Source: an uncultured Candidatus Saccharibacteria bacterium
GTDB taxonomy: Bacteria > Patescibacteriota > Minisyncoccia > UBA6257 > WO2-44-18
DNA length: 64,000 bases
Assembly (NCBI GenBank): GCA_964637575.1
Contig: CAZWVU010000003.1
Coordinates: 1,586 to 65,585 of the forward strand
Reading direction: 5' to 3'
The notes under the pieces were generated by a model, which saw only the letters and a list, made by a program, of their open reading frames with translations, made no database searches and was not told where the DNA came from. The position numbers were made by a program, and so were the translations under genes. Shown one piece after another: positions 18,325 through 27,533 of this stretch (position 1 is its first letter; every line of letters starts with the position of its first letter).

Positions 18325-18560
18325 ACTAATCGTTTGCGCGCGAAAGCAAAACCAGAACCAGATTTGAGATATTTCTCAAAATCCAATGCTCTGAGCTTAT
18401 TACCGAAACCGCAAAACCAAATTAATCTGAAAGGCGCCTTAGAGGAGGAATACCGCGTTAAGTACGAATTATGCTCTTTGATTCTCTGTTGGAGATTGGC
18501 TGTCATTCCCGTGTAGTAACTTTTATCTTTCTGGCTTCGTAAGATATATACGTAATACAT
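18321..18560 (-). CDS. Small GIY-YIG nuclease
   Basis: YYVYILRS...YYTGMT.NLQQRIKEHN...FEKYLKSGSG. Confidence 0.9.
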   Translation of the reverse strand: MYYVYILRSQKDKSYYTGMTANLQQRIKEHNSYLTRYSSSKAPFRLIWFCGFGNKLRALDFEKYLKSGSGFAFARKRLV

Positions 18561-18578
18561 GAGAAGAAATTAACAGAA

Positions 18579-18688
18579 GCCCTCCTTCGCGTAAAGCTTC
18601 GGATGGGCACTTCTTCGCAAAAGAAAAAAATCCTCTTGAGAGGATTTTTTTCTAGTGCTGCGCACTTCGTAGCTTTAGCGAAGAAGTG
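18579..18688. repeat. REP-like palindrome cluster between tmRNA and GIY-YIG
   Basis: GCCCTCCTTCGCGTAAAGCTTCGGATGGGC; CACTTCTTCGC...GCGAAGAAGTG; AAAAAAATCCTC-TTGA-GAGGATTTTTTT. Confidence 0.65.
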
Positions 18689-18990
18689 GAAGTGGCCGGA
18701 ATCGAACCGGCGTACAGGACAATTTCAAATCACCATCGACAAGCTTAAGGTTTGCTCCGGTTTGATTTAGTCCCGGTACGGTACGAAGCGGACCGACCGA
18801 GGACGAGCTTGAGATATAACACCGGTGATGGCCCGATCAAGCATCAGGCCGCCGATGGCTTAGGCAATTACGCGAAAGCTAACGCTAGGTTTTGATTAGC
18901 AATTATTAAGGTTTGCCGTAGTTTTACGAGTTGCGGCAGCTCGACTTGCAGTGGTTTGAAGTGTTGCCCAGTCGAGGCCTGTACACTCCC
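18687..18990 (-). ncRNA. ssrA: tmRNA; tag peptide ANQNLALAFA (18900-18868)
   Basis: 5' GGGAGTG pairs with 3' CACTTCC-A including G3-U; T-arm GCCGGTTCGATTCCGGC; tag ORF; starts 1 nt after the smpB stop. Confidence 0.93.
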
Positions 18991-18991
18991 A

Positions 18992-19438
18992 TTAGGATTT
19001 CAATGTCCGGCGGATCTCGCGGCTGGTTTCCCTCTTCTTTATAACTTCCCGCTTCTCAAATTGTTTCTTGCCGCGGGCGAGTCCCAGCTCAACCTTGATC
19101 CGACCGGCCTTACTATACAACTTTAAAGGCACTAATGTCAAGCGGTCGGACTTCATTTTCCCGATTAAATAAGTGATTTCTTTCTTGTGTAATAACAAAC
19201 GGCGCGAACGCGTCGGATCGTAGTCCTCCGGAGTATTTTTCGGCTGGTAGGGCGGGATATCGGCGCCGGTGAGCCAGAGCTGATTGTCTTTGACGGTCGC
19301 GAACGCACCGGCGATATTTCCCCGTCCGGCCTTCGCTGACTTCACTTCGTAGCCCTTGAGCTCAACCCCGGCCTCAAAACGCTCCACGATCTCGTAGTTG
19401 AAATACGCTTTTCTATTTTCTGACAATGCTTCGGACAT
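18992..19438 (-). CDS. smpB: SsrA-binding protein
   Basis: NRKAYFNY, EAGVELKGYEVKS, RRLLLHKKEI, GKKQFEKR. Confidence 0.97.
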   Translation of the reverse strand: MSEALSENRKAYFNYEIVERFEAGVELKGYEVKSAKAGRGNIAGAFATVKDNQLWLTGADIPPYQPKNTPEDYDPTRSRRLLLHKKEITYLIGKMKSDRLTLVPLKLYSKAGRIKVELGLARGKKQFEKREVIKKRETSREIRRTLKS

Positions 19439-19496
19439 AGTTTTGATTATAGGGGATTTTTTGCTAGGCTCCCAGTAGTACTTTCAAAGGTGGCAG

Positions 19497-19910
19497 ATGA
19501 AAACAGCGCGCGTGGCATTTCTGGGATTGCTCGGAATCGTGATTTTTTTGGCGGGTTGCTGCGGCGGATCTTCTTTCGATCCGGAAAAAGAAAAAACCTC
19601 GGCGGCCGGTAGGCCGGCCTGGAATTCCGGCGAGGCGATCGTATCCGGCCGGATCCTTCGTGACAAAACGAAAAAAACTTTCTCAACTGGGTGGGGATTT
19701 CGCGGCGGCGAGAAAGAACAAGCGGCCTACTACCTGCTTAAGACCTACCCGAAAGAGTTTGACGACCCATTCAACGCGTCGTTTATGAATGAGCGTCGCG
19801 CCACGCTCAAGCTGGAACTTGGCAGCAAAGGAGGCGGCACGCTGGCCGATCCAATCCCTGCCGAAATTACGGATATCGTGGACATCAGCCGCCGCCTTGA
19901 CGGCAACTAG
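19497..19910 (+). CDS. Putative lipoprotein
   Basis: Lipobox FLAGC. Confidence 0.6.
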   Translation: MKTARVAFLGLLGIVIFLAGCCGGSSFDPEKEKTSAAGRPAWNSGEAIVSGRILRDKTKKTFSTGWGFRGGEKEQAAYYLLKTYPKEFDDPFNASFMNERRATLKLELGSKGGGTLADPIPAEITDIVDISRRLDGN

Positions 19911-19949
19911 CCGTGGCAGTAATCTTCCGGCAGAACCTTTGGAGGCATT

Positions 19950-20321
19950 ATGAGCAAGTTGGTCATTGCGCTCGCAGCGGTGGCAATGGTGTTCGGATCC
20001 GGCTGTTCCTCAGAACCGTCGGCAAGCGAATGCTTCAAGCCATTTGGCGCTGCCGCTTTTCCTGACGGGCAGGTGGTGGTCGCGGAAGGCAACGTTCTTC
20101 AGAACCCCTCAAACAGCCTCTGGTTCGTGGCTGATCAAAAAAGCGGCCAGTTCTATACTTTAATGTATTCGGGAGCGCCCGAGGTAGGCAAAAAATACTC
20201 TGATTACTTTGTGGCGAAGATGAAGCTTCGCGTGCTGCCAGAGTCGCTGGCCGACAAGGATGGGCCAGTCGCGGAAGTGGTGGAAGTGCTGGCTATTGAG
20301 AAAGTTCCCCGCAAGAAATGA
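19950..20321 (+). CDS. Putative lipoprotein
   Basis: GGAGG RBS; signal peptide ending GSGC. Confidence 0.6.
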   Translation: MSKLVIALAAVAMVFGSGCSSEPSASECFKPFGAAAFPDGQVVVAEGNVLQNPSNSLWFVADQKSGQFYTLMYSGAPEVGKKYSDYFVAKMKLRVLPESLADKDGPVAEVVEVLAIEKVPRKK

Positions 20322-20403
20322 AACTAGATTCCCTGACCGCCCGTGTGGCGGTTTTTCTTTTTGCCTGCTATATTGTTGGCAGTACTTTTTGGAGGTATCG
20401 GTC

Positions 20404-20859
20404 GTGAAAAACTTTCTGTGGCTCGCTGTGGGCACCTTGGGCATGTTCTTATTCGCCGGGCTTAGCGCTATTGTTGGCTACCATATGGGTAAGGAAGCGA
20501 AGGTTTCGCCGGCACCCGAAGCTGTCCAGCAGGACGAAGGGAAGCCAATTACCGGGACTGTCTGGTACAGCGAGCTGGACAAGGCCTGGAAGATCCAGAA
20601 CTTTGAGGATTTTAGCGGCAACCCGATCCGTCTTTCCAAGACCGAATCACTGGAGCGCCTGGTAGAAAGCAGAAAAAGATGGGAAGCTCGCCACGACCCC
20701 TGCTGCACATTTGTTGCCGGCTTGTACGTCCGGTATCTGAAGAGCAACGAAGAACCGAAGCCGGGAAGCCGCCAGAATTGTGAAATCATCAGAGTTGATT
20801 TTGTAAAAACTGATTTCTGCTTCCACTGTGAGCACACGGACAAAGCGCGCAGAGAATAG
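20404..20859 (+). CDS. Hypothetical membrane-anchored protein
   Basis: GGAGG RBS, GTG start, N-terminal TM. Confidence 0.55.
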   Translation: MKNFLWLAVGTLGMFLFAGLSAIVGYHMGKEAKVSPAPEAVQQDEGKPITGTVWYSELDKAWKIQNFEDFSGNPIRLSKTESLERLVESRKRWEARHDPCCTFVAGLYVRYLKSNEEPKPGSRQNCEIIRVDFVKTDFCFHCEHTDKARRE

Positions 20860-20911
20860 AGTTTTTACAAAGCCCTACGAAAGTAGGGCTTTTTCATTTA
20901 TAATTAAGCCA

Positions 20912-22471
20912 ATGATTCAGAGGATTGAAGCAGTGATAAAAAAAGTAGTGGGCGAGAAGAAATTTCTGGTGACGGCTTCGGATAAGCCGGAATTCGGGCA
21001 TTATTCTACCAACGTCGCGTTTCAGATCCCGGGAAATACGGAGGATCTGGCCAAAAAAATTTTTGAAGCGGGCAAGGATCTTTTTGAAAAAGTGGAAGCC
21101 AAAGGAAAATTTATCAACTTCTGGCTTTCGCACAACGCGCTCGTGGAAGGCGTCGCGGAAGCGGTAAAACCGAAACTGAAAGCCGATAAAAAGCTGAAAA
21201 TAAACCTGGAGTTCGTCTCCGCCAACCCGACCGGACCGCTGACCATGGCCAACGGACGCGGCGGTTTTCTCGGTGACGCGCTGGCGAATGTCTTGGAAGC
21301 GGTCGGCCACAAGGTTACGCGTGAATACTATATAAATGACGCCGGGAATCAGGTACGCCTGCTCGGCGAGAGCGTGCTTGCCACGCTGGGAAAGACGGAA
21401 TCCAAAGAAGGGCATTACAAAGGAGAGTATGTAAAATCCCTCGCCAAAGAACTGGAGAAAAAAATAAAAAACAACGATGCGATGAAGGCGGGTCAACTGG
21501 CGGCGGCGGCTTTATTGAAAGAAATCCAGCAATCACTGAAAAAAGCCGGCATCAACTACGACGTCTGGTTTTCGGAGCAGAAAAATCTTCGGCAAAAAGA
21601 CGAGATCCAAAAAGTTCTGGACATGTTGGATACATCTGGCTTGGTGGAAAAGAAGGAGGGCGCGGTCTGGTTAAAAAGCCCCGACATTTCCGAGGATAAA
21701 GACCGTGTGCTGGTGAAGTCCGACGGTAATCCGACATATTTTCTCGCGGACACAGCGTATCATTACGACAAATTTATAAAACGGAAATTTGATCTCGTGA
21801 TAGATATCTGGGGCGCCGATCACCATGGCTATGTGGCGCGGCTGAAGAGCGGCGTGAAGGCAGTCGGCGTCGACCCGGGCCGCTTGAAGATTCTGATTAC
21901 CCAGCTGGTGCGGCTCACGGAGAACGGCCAGGAGGTGAAGATGTCCAAGCGGACGGGAACATTCGTGACGATGGATGAACTGATTGAAGAGGTCGGCTCT
22001 GACGCCGCGCGGTTCTTCTTCCTGATGCACGCGCCGGAAACGCATATGGATTTTGATCTGGCGCTCGCGAAAGAGAAGTCGCAGAAGAATCCGGTCTACT
22101 ACGCGCAGTACGCGTATGTGCGATGTGGCAGCATAATTACCAAGGCTCTAAATTTGAAATTTAAAATTAAAAATTTAAAATTGAGTTCGGATTGGGACTT
22201 GCTCAAGGCGGAGAGCGAGCTTCAGCTCATGCGCGAGCTGGTGAAGCTGCCGGATCTCATCTGGCAGACGGCGCAGGATTATCAGGTGAGCCGCCTTGCG
22301 CGCTACGCACTGGAAGTTGCGCGCGGACTCAACAACTTCTATGAAAAAGAGCGGGTGATCATTGACGATAAAGAACTCATGAGTGCGCGGCTCGGCCTCG
22401 TGGCCGCGACACGGGAAGTCCTCGCCAAAGTTTTGGATCTGCTGGGACTTTCCAAGCCAGAGCGGATGTAA
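20912..22471 (+). CDS. argS: Arginine--tRNA ligase
   Basis: EFVSANPTGPL, REYYINDAGNQ, WGADHHGY, KMSKR, NPVYYAQYA, PERM. Confidence 0.97.
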   Translation: MIQRIEAVIKKVVGEKKFLVTASDKPEFGHYSTNVAFQIPGNTEDLAKKIFEAGKDLFEKVEAKGKFINFWLSHNALVEGVAEAVKPKLKADKKLKINLEFVSANPTGPLTMANGRGGFLGDALANVLEAVGHKVTREYYINDAGNQVRLLGESVLATLGKTESKEGHYKGEYVKSLAKELEKKIKNNDAMKAGQLAAAALLKEIQQSLKKAGINYDVWFSEQKNLRQKDEIQKVLDMLDTSGLVEKKEGAVWLKSPDISEDKDRVLVKSDGNPTYFLADTAYHYDKFIKRKFDLVIDIWGADHHGYVARLKSGVKAVGVDPGRLKILITQLVRLTENGQEVKMSKRTGTFVTMDELIEEVGSDAARFFFLMHAPETHMDFDLALAKEKSQKNPVYYAQYAYVRCGSIITKALNLKFKIKNLKLSSDWDLLKAESELQLMRELVKLPDLIWQTAQDYQVSRLARYALEVARGLNNFYEKERVIIDDKELMSARLGLVAATREVLAKVLDLLGLSKPERM

Positions 22472-22480
22472 TACACGTCC

Positions 22481-22571
22481 GTCATCGCGAGGCCGGAGGC
22501 CGTGGCGATCTTACAATAATCCTAATTTATAAATAGCTTTAATGTAAGATTGCTTCGCTGCGCTCGATGAC
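22481..22571. repeat. Palindromic REP/MITE-like element
   Basis: GTCATCG...GCGATCTTACA / TGTAAGATTGC...CGATGAC nested inverted repeats. Confidence 0.65.
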
Positions 22572-22630
22572 AAAGAGCTTGCATCACCCTTGTTAATTGT
22601 TATTTTTAGTTATATTCTGTAGCCAGCTTT

Positions 22631-22897
22631 TTGAAGGAGGCCATTGTGTCAGCTTGGTGGATCGTGTGGATTCTTGGAGGAATTTTCACTTTCGGCTGGG
22701 TAAAGGGAACAATAAGAAATGGCTTGAAATTCAGCGGTCAGCGGTGGCGTTGGTGGCAGAATATTATATGTTTTGGTTCTGCTATTGTCTGGCACTTCAC
22801 TGTTCTCGCGCTTTGCTTGCTGCGGCTCACAGAACACAAGGTATTTCGCTTCGGCTTCTGTTTCCGGATGCCCAAGGAGTTTTGCGAGAGGAGGTAG
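22631..22897 (+). CDS. Small hypothetical membrane protein
   Basis: Two hydrophobic segments; C-terminal FRFGFCF resembles IRFCY of the next ORF. Confidence 0.5.
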   Translation: MKEAIVSAWWIVWILGGIFTFGWVKGTIRNGLKFSGQRWRWWQNIICFGSAIVWHFTVLALCLLRLTEHKVFRFGFCFRMPKEFCERR

Positions 22898-22899
22898 CA

Positions 22900-23151
22900 A
22901 TGATCGCGTGGGGGATCGCGCTTCTAATTTTCTGGGTGACGTGCGGAGTGATGGGCTACGGTTACTGCAAATACTGTTGGTTGGATTATCTCGCGCGGCA
23001 TCCGGAGCTTGGCCGTTTTGGCATGACGCACCTGTTTCGGTGCTTATTCGTCAGCCTGCTCGGTCCGGCATGGATTTTTCTGGCGATCAAAAAGCGGCTG
23101 GAGGAAGGTGTGCGGATCCGGTTCTGCTACAAAGAAAAAAGTCCCGACTAA
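22900..23151 (+). CDS. Small hypothetical membrane protein
   Basis: GAGG RBS, two TM segments, followed by hairpin AAGTCCCGAC/GTCGGGACTT. Confidence 0.55.
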   Translation: MIAWGIALLIFWVTCGVMGYGYCKYCWLDYLARHPELGRFGMTHLFRCLFVSLLGPAWIFLAIKKRLEEGVRIRFCYKEKSPD

Positions 23152-23168
23152 GTCGGGACTTTTATTTT

Positions 23169-23975
23169 TCAGCGTTTCAATCGGAGCATCATTCCGATGC
23201 CGATGGCGTCGCGGTTCACGCCCGCTACTTCGTAGTAGTCCACCGAGATGAAGCCGGCGACGAAATCGGTGAAGTTGTAGATGAACTCCCCCGAGACGCC
23301 ACAACGATGGTGGATGTGCCCATATTGGATATACGGCTTAAGCTCAAAGCCGAAATCATAGATCCCGCCCACGATCGGAAACGCGGTCATCGCGAAGGCG
23401 TTCTCCTCACCGGGACCGTAGGTGGACTTTTCCAGGATCGGCGCCCGGTTGCTGGAAAACCAGCAGGGCTCGAAAGAGGCTCGGATCCAGCAGCGCTGAT
23501 CGAAGTCGATCTTCGGCAAGTCGAATCTCGCGAGCAGCCAGTTCTGATCGTGGCCATAGTACTTGGCGGCATTTACGTCGATGTTGTGCCAGCTGTGATG
23601 GCCATACCCCACGCTGATCCATTCCACCGGCGTCTCATAGCGGGCCTCACCCATCAGGCCGATCCGCGAGATCCATTGATTCTCGCCGATCCAGGCGTAG
23701 GGTTCCACGTCCAAAGTGATACCCCAGAAGAGGTTACTCCGGACGATCAGATCCATCTGCTCGCCGGCCACGTGGCTGTAGCCGCTGTAATCATCCAGCA
23801 TCCGGTTGGGGATGGTGCTCTGGACGAAATATTCGCCGCGCACGTCGACGGAAGCGGTGAAATTTTCCCGGTTCTTGTCCGTGGGATAATCATCCACGAA
23901 CACCTGGGTCTGGGCCATGGCCGTGAGCGGCATTACAAGGAAGCAGGCCAGCACAATCACATAGCGCATAGGCAT
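23169..23975 (-). CDS. Secreted protein with beta-barrel-like pattern
   Basis: Signal peptide ending AMA-Q; amphipathic beta strands; GYGHHSWHN. Confidence 0.6.
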   Translation of the reverse strand: MPMRYVIVLACFLVMPLTAMAQTQVFVDDYPTDKNRENFTASVDVRGEYFVQSTIPNRMLDDYSGYSHVAGEQMDLIVRSNLFWGITLDVEPYAWIGENQWISRIGLMGEARYETPVEWISVGYGHHSWHNIDVNAAKYYGHDQNWLLARFDLPKIDFDQRCWIRASFEPCWFSSNRAPILEKSTYGPGEENAFAMTAFPIVGGIYDFGFELKPYIQYGHIHHRCGVSGEFIYNFTDFVAGFISVDYYEVAGVNRDAIGIGMMLRLKR

Positions 23976-24073
23976 CCCTTCTCAAGGTACTTGTGGGGCA
24001 TACTATTATAAAGAATGGCTTTTGTAAATGACGGGCGTTGTAAGGAGGCGGAAATTTCATTACTATCAAGAAT

Positions 24074-27000
24074 ATGTTGAAAGGGCTCAAGCAGTTCAAT
24101 CTTCCTGAACTTGAGGAAAAGGTGCTGAAATTCTGGAAAGACCACAATATTTTCGGGAAGTCGCTCGAGCTTCGCGGAAAAGCGAAGCCTTTCCGGTTTT
24201 TTGAAGGGCCTCCGACCGCCAACGGCCGTCCGGGCCTCCATCATGTGCTCGCCCGGGCCTTCAAAGATATCATCTGCCGTTATAAGCAGATGAAGGGTTT
24301 TTTCGTGCTCCGGCGCGCCGGTTGGGACACGCACGGATTGCCGGTGGAAATTGAGGTGGAAAAAAAGCTCGGGATCAAACACAAGCAGGAAATTGAAAAA
24401 TTCGGCATCGCGGAATTCAACGCCCAGGCGAAAATGTCCGTCTGGACGTACAAAAGCGACTGGGAAAAACTTACCGAACGCATCGGCTTCTGGCTCGACT
24501 TCGATCATCCCTACATTACCTATGACAACAAATACATTGAATCGCTCTGGTGGGTGTTTTCGGAAATCGACAAACGCGGCCTGCTGAACAAGCTTCACAA
24601 AATCGTGCCGTGGTGCCCGCGCTGCCAGACGGCGCTTTCCAATCACGAACTCGGCCAGCCCGGCGCGTACCGGACCGCCAAAGACCCGTCGGTCTATGTG
24701 AAATTCCGGCTTAAGGGAAAGTCCGCCAAAGGCGGATCGGCCTCCGGTGGAAAAAAGGAACATGAATATCTGCTGGTCTGGACGACGACGCCCTGGACCC
24801 TGCCCGCGAATGTCGCGGTGGCAGTGAATCCCGGCCTCACCTATACCAAATATAAAGTGGGCGACGAATTTTACTGGAGCTATCATACCCCGCCGGTCCA
24901 CGCCGGAAAGGACGGGCGCAAGGAGGAGATGGAAGTAGTGGAAAAACTTTCCGGGAAAAAACTGGTGGGCGAGCAGTATGAGCCCCTCTATCCGAATGAG
25001 GGTGCTCACGAGGTGCTTGGCGCGGGCTTTGTTTCCACCGAAGAAGGGACGGGACTGGTGCACATCGCGCCGGCGTACGGCGAAGACGATCTGCGGGTTG
25101 CCGGCAAGGGGCCGGTGCCGGTTACCATTAACGACGAGGGGAAGATGCTCAAAGGATTTCCAGGCGCCGGGAAATTCATCAAGCAGGCCGACGATGATAT
25201 TATTGCCGATCTGGAAGCGCGCGGGTTTTTATACTCCAAGAGCACCATCGAACACGAATATCCGTTTTGCTGGCGCTGTTCCACGCCGCTTATTTATTTC
25301 GCGCGCAAATCCTGGTTCATCGAGATCAGTAAGCTCAACAAGGAAATGCTGGAAGCGAACCAGAAGATCAACTGGATTCCCGAACATATCAAAGAGGGGC
25401 GTTTCGGCGAGTGGCTGAAAGATCCGAAAGACTGGTCCATTGCCCGTAACCGCTATTGGGGAACGCCGTTGCCGATCTGGGAGTGCGAAAAAAATCAGGA
25501 GCACCGGCTGTTTGTCGGTTCGCTCGAGGACCTGGATACGCACGCGTATAACCGCAACCGGTATTTTGTCGCCCGGCACTGCGAGGGGGAGCATAACGTA
25601 GCGGGCGTGCTTGCGTCCGGTCCGGAAAAAAACGGTCACGGCGCCAGACTGACGGAAAAAGGAACGGTGCAGGCGGAGAAGATCGCCATGGCGCTGAAAA
25701 AACCGGGCATCGACGTCATTTATTCCTCGCCGCTCAAGCGGGCGGTGGAAACCGCGAAGATTATTTCCAAAGCGACCGGCGCGCCGGTAAAAACAGACAA
25801 GCGTCTCAGTGAAGTCGAATTTGGCACGTTTAACGGAAGTCCGGTCGGAAAATACTGGGAATTTTTCGCGAATGACGCCGAGCGGTTCGTCAAAGCTCCT
25901 CCCGGAGGCGAGAATCTTAGCGATGTAAAAAAGCGGATGATCGAATTCTGGAAGGAAATTGACTCTGAAAACAGCGGAAAGAATATTCTGATCGTCAGCC
26001 ACGGCGATCCGATCTGGGTGATGGAGGGGGCAATGAGCGGCCTGAATAATCAGGAGATTGAAAAAGCCCCATATCTTAAGGTGGGCGAATACCGGGAAAC
26101 CGAATATCACAACTGGCCATTTTCCCAGGAGGGAGCGCTGGATATCCACCGGCCGTTCGTCGACGCGGTAATTTTGAAATGTCCGGAATGCGGCGAAAAA
26201 ATGCGGAGAATCAAGGAGGTAGCCGACGTCTGGTTCGACTCGGGCGCCATGCCGTTCGCCCAGTGGCACTATCCTTTCGAAAATAAAAAGCTGATCGATT
26301 CCGGCGCGCAGTTTCCGGCCGATTACATCGCCGAAGGAATGGATCAGACGCGTGGCTGGTTCTACACCCTTCTTGCCGTGTCCGTCCTGCTGGAACGCGG
26401 GTTGGCGTACCGCAACGTGATTTCGTTCGGATTGTTGCTGGATAAGAACGGGCAGAAGATGTCCAAATCAAAAGGTAACGTGGTGGACCCCTGGGATGTG
26501 ATTAAAAAATACGGCGCCGACGCGGTGCGCTGGTATTTCTATACCGTGAACGCGCCGGGTGAATATAAAAAATTTGACGAGCTCGATCTCGGCAAAACGC
26601 TCCGCAAAGTCTTTCTTCTCGCGTACAACTCGTTTGCGTTTTATCAGTTAAACAGCGACGCGAAAGACAAGCCGATCGCGGTATTGGACGAGTGGATTCT
26701 CGCCAGAACCCATCAGACAATAGAGGGGACCACCGCCAGATTGGAGCACTACGACGTCGGCGGCGCGGCCAAGCTCATCGAAGAGCTGGTGGATGACTGT
26801 TCCCGGTGGTACATCCGCCGGTCCCGGAAAAACGTATCGCCAAAAACCCTTGCGCTGGTACTGGGAGAGATTGCCAAATTAATGGCTCCCTTCGCGCCGT
26901 TTTTCAGCGAGGGACTCTATAAGTCGCTGACGGCCGACCCGAAGGCATCCGTTCACCTTGCCGACTGGCCGAAAGCCGACAAAAAGAAGATTAATAAAAA

Positions 27001-27499
27001 AATGCTCGAAGCCATGGCGGAAGTGCGCCGCGTTGCCAGCCTTGGTCTTTCCGAACGCGAAAAAGCGGGCATCAAGGTGCGCCAGCCGCTGGCCGCGTTA
27101 AAAGTAAAAAGTAAAAAGTTAAAAATTGCCGACAAGGAACTTCTGGAAATCCTGAAGGATGAAGTAAACGTAAAAGAGGTGGTTTTTGACCCGAAGATCC
27201 AGGGCGAGGTGGAGCTGGATACGAACATCACCGCCGAATTGAAAAATGAAGGAATCCTCCGCGATCTTGCCCGGACCATTCAGGGACTCCGCCATGACGC
27301 AAAATATCAGCCCAAGGACGCCATCGCGCTATTGCTTGATCTTCCCCCCGAGCTTCTGAAGATAATCGAAGTGCATGAGTCCACGCTTAAGAATATGGTG
27401 CATGCGAAGCAGGTAATATACCGCCGCGAAAAATTCGATGCGGAACTTTCAACCAAGCTGGACGATGCGGATATCTGGGTTGCGGTAAGAAAGGCCTAG
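24074..27499 (+). CDS. ileS: Isoleucine--tRNA ligase type 2 with inserted histidine-phosphatase domain
   Basis: EGPPTANGRPGLHH, GWDTHGLPVE, WTTTPWTLP, DWSIARNRYWG, DQTRGWFY, KMSKS; insert RHCE...SSPLKRA...SHG. Confidence 0.96.
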   Translation: MLKGLKQFNLPELEEKVLKFWKDHNIFGKSLELRGKAKPFRFFEGPPTANGRPGLHHVLARAFKDIICRYKQMKGFFVLRRAGWDTHGLPVEIEVEKKLGIKHKQEIEKFGIAEFNAQAKMSVWTYKSDWEKLTERIGFWLDFDHPYITYDNKYIESLWWVFSEIDKRGLLNKLHKIVPWCPRCQTALSNHELGQPGAYRTAKDPSVYVKFRLKGKSAKGGSASGGKKEHEYLLVWTTTPWTLPANVAVAVNPGLTYTKYKVGDEFYWSYHTPPVHAGKDGRKEEMEVVEKLSGKKLVGEQYEPLYPNEGAHEVLGAGFVSTEEGTGLVHIAPAYGEDDLRVAGKGPVPVTINDEGKMLKGFPGAGKFIKQADDDIIADLEARGFLYSKSTIEHEYPFCWRCSTPLIYFARKSWFIEISKLNKEMLEANQKINWIPEHIKEGRFGEWLKDPKDWSIARNRYWGTPLPIWECEKNQEHRLFVGSLEDLDTHAYNRNRYFVARHCEGEHNVAGVLASGPEKNGHGARLTEKGTVQAEKIAMALKKPGIDVIYSSPLKRAVETAKIISKATGAPVKTDKRLSEVEFGTFNGSPVGKYWEFFANDAERFVKAPPGGENLSDVKKRMIEFWKEIDSENSGKNILIVSHGDPIWVMEGAMSGLNNQEIEKAPYLKVGEYRETEYHNWPFSQEGALDIHRPFVDAVILKCPECGEKMRRIKEVADVWFDSGAMPFAQWHYPFENKKLIDSGAQFPADYIAEGMDQTRGWFYTLLAVSVLLERGLAYRNVISFGLLLDKNGQKMSKSKGNVVDPWDVIKKYGADAVRWYFYTVNAPGEYKKFDELDLGKTLRKVFLLAYNSFAFYQLNSDAKDKPIAVLDEWILARTHQTIEGTTARLEHYDVGGAAKLIEELVDDCSRWYIRRSRKNVSPKTLALVLGEIAKLMAPFAPFFSEGLYKSLTADPKASVHLADWPKADKKKINKKMLEAMAEVRRVASLGLSEREKAGIKVRQPLAALKVKSKKLKIADKELLEILKDEVNVKEVVFDPKIQGEVELDTNITAELKNEGILRDLARTIQGLRHDAKYQPKDAIALLLDLPPELLKIIEVHESTLKNMVHAKQVIYRREKFDAELSTKLDDADIWVAVRKA

Positions 27500-27533
27500 T
27501 GGTAGGCTTTCGCCAGAACTTTTGAGGTGAATT

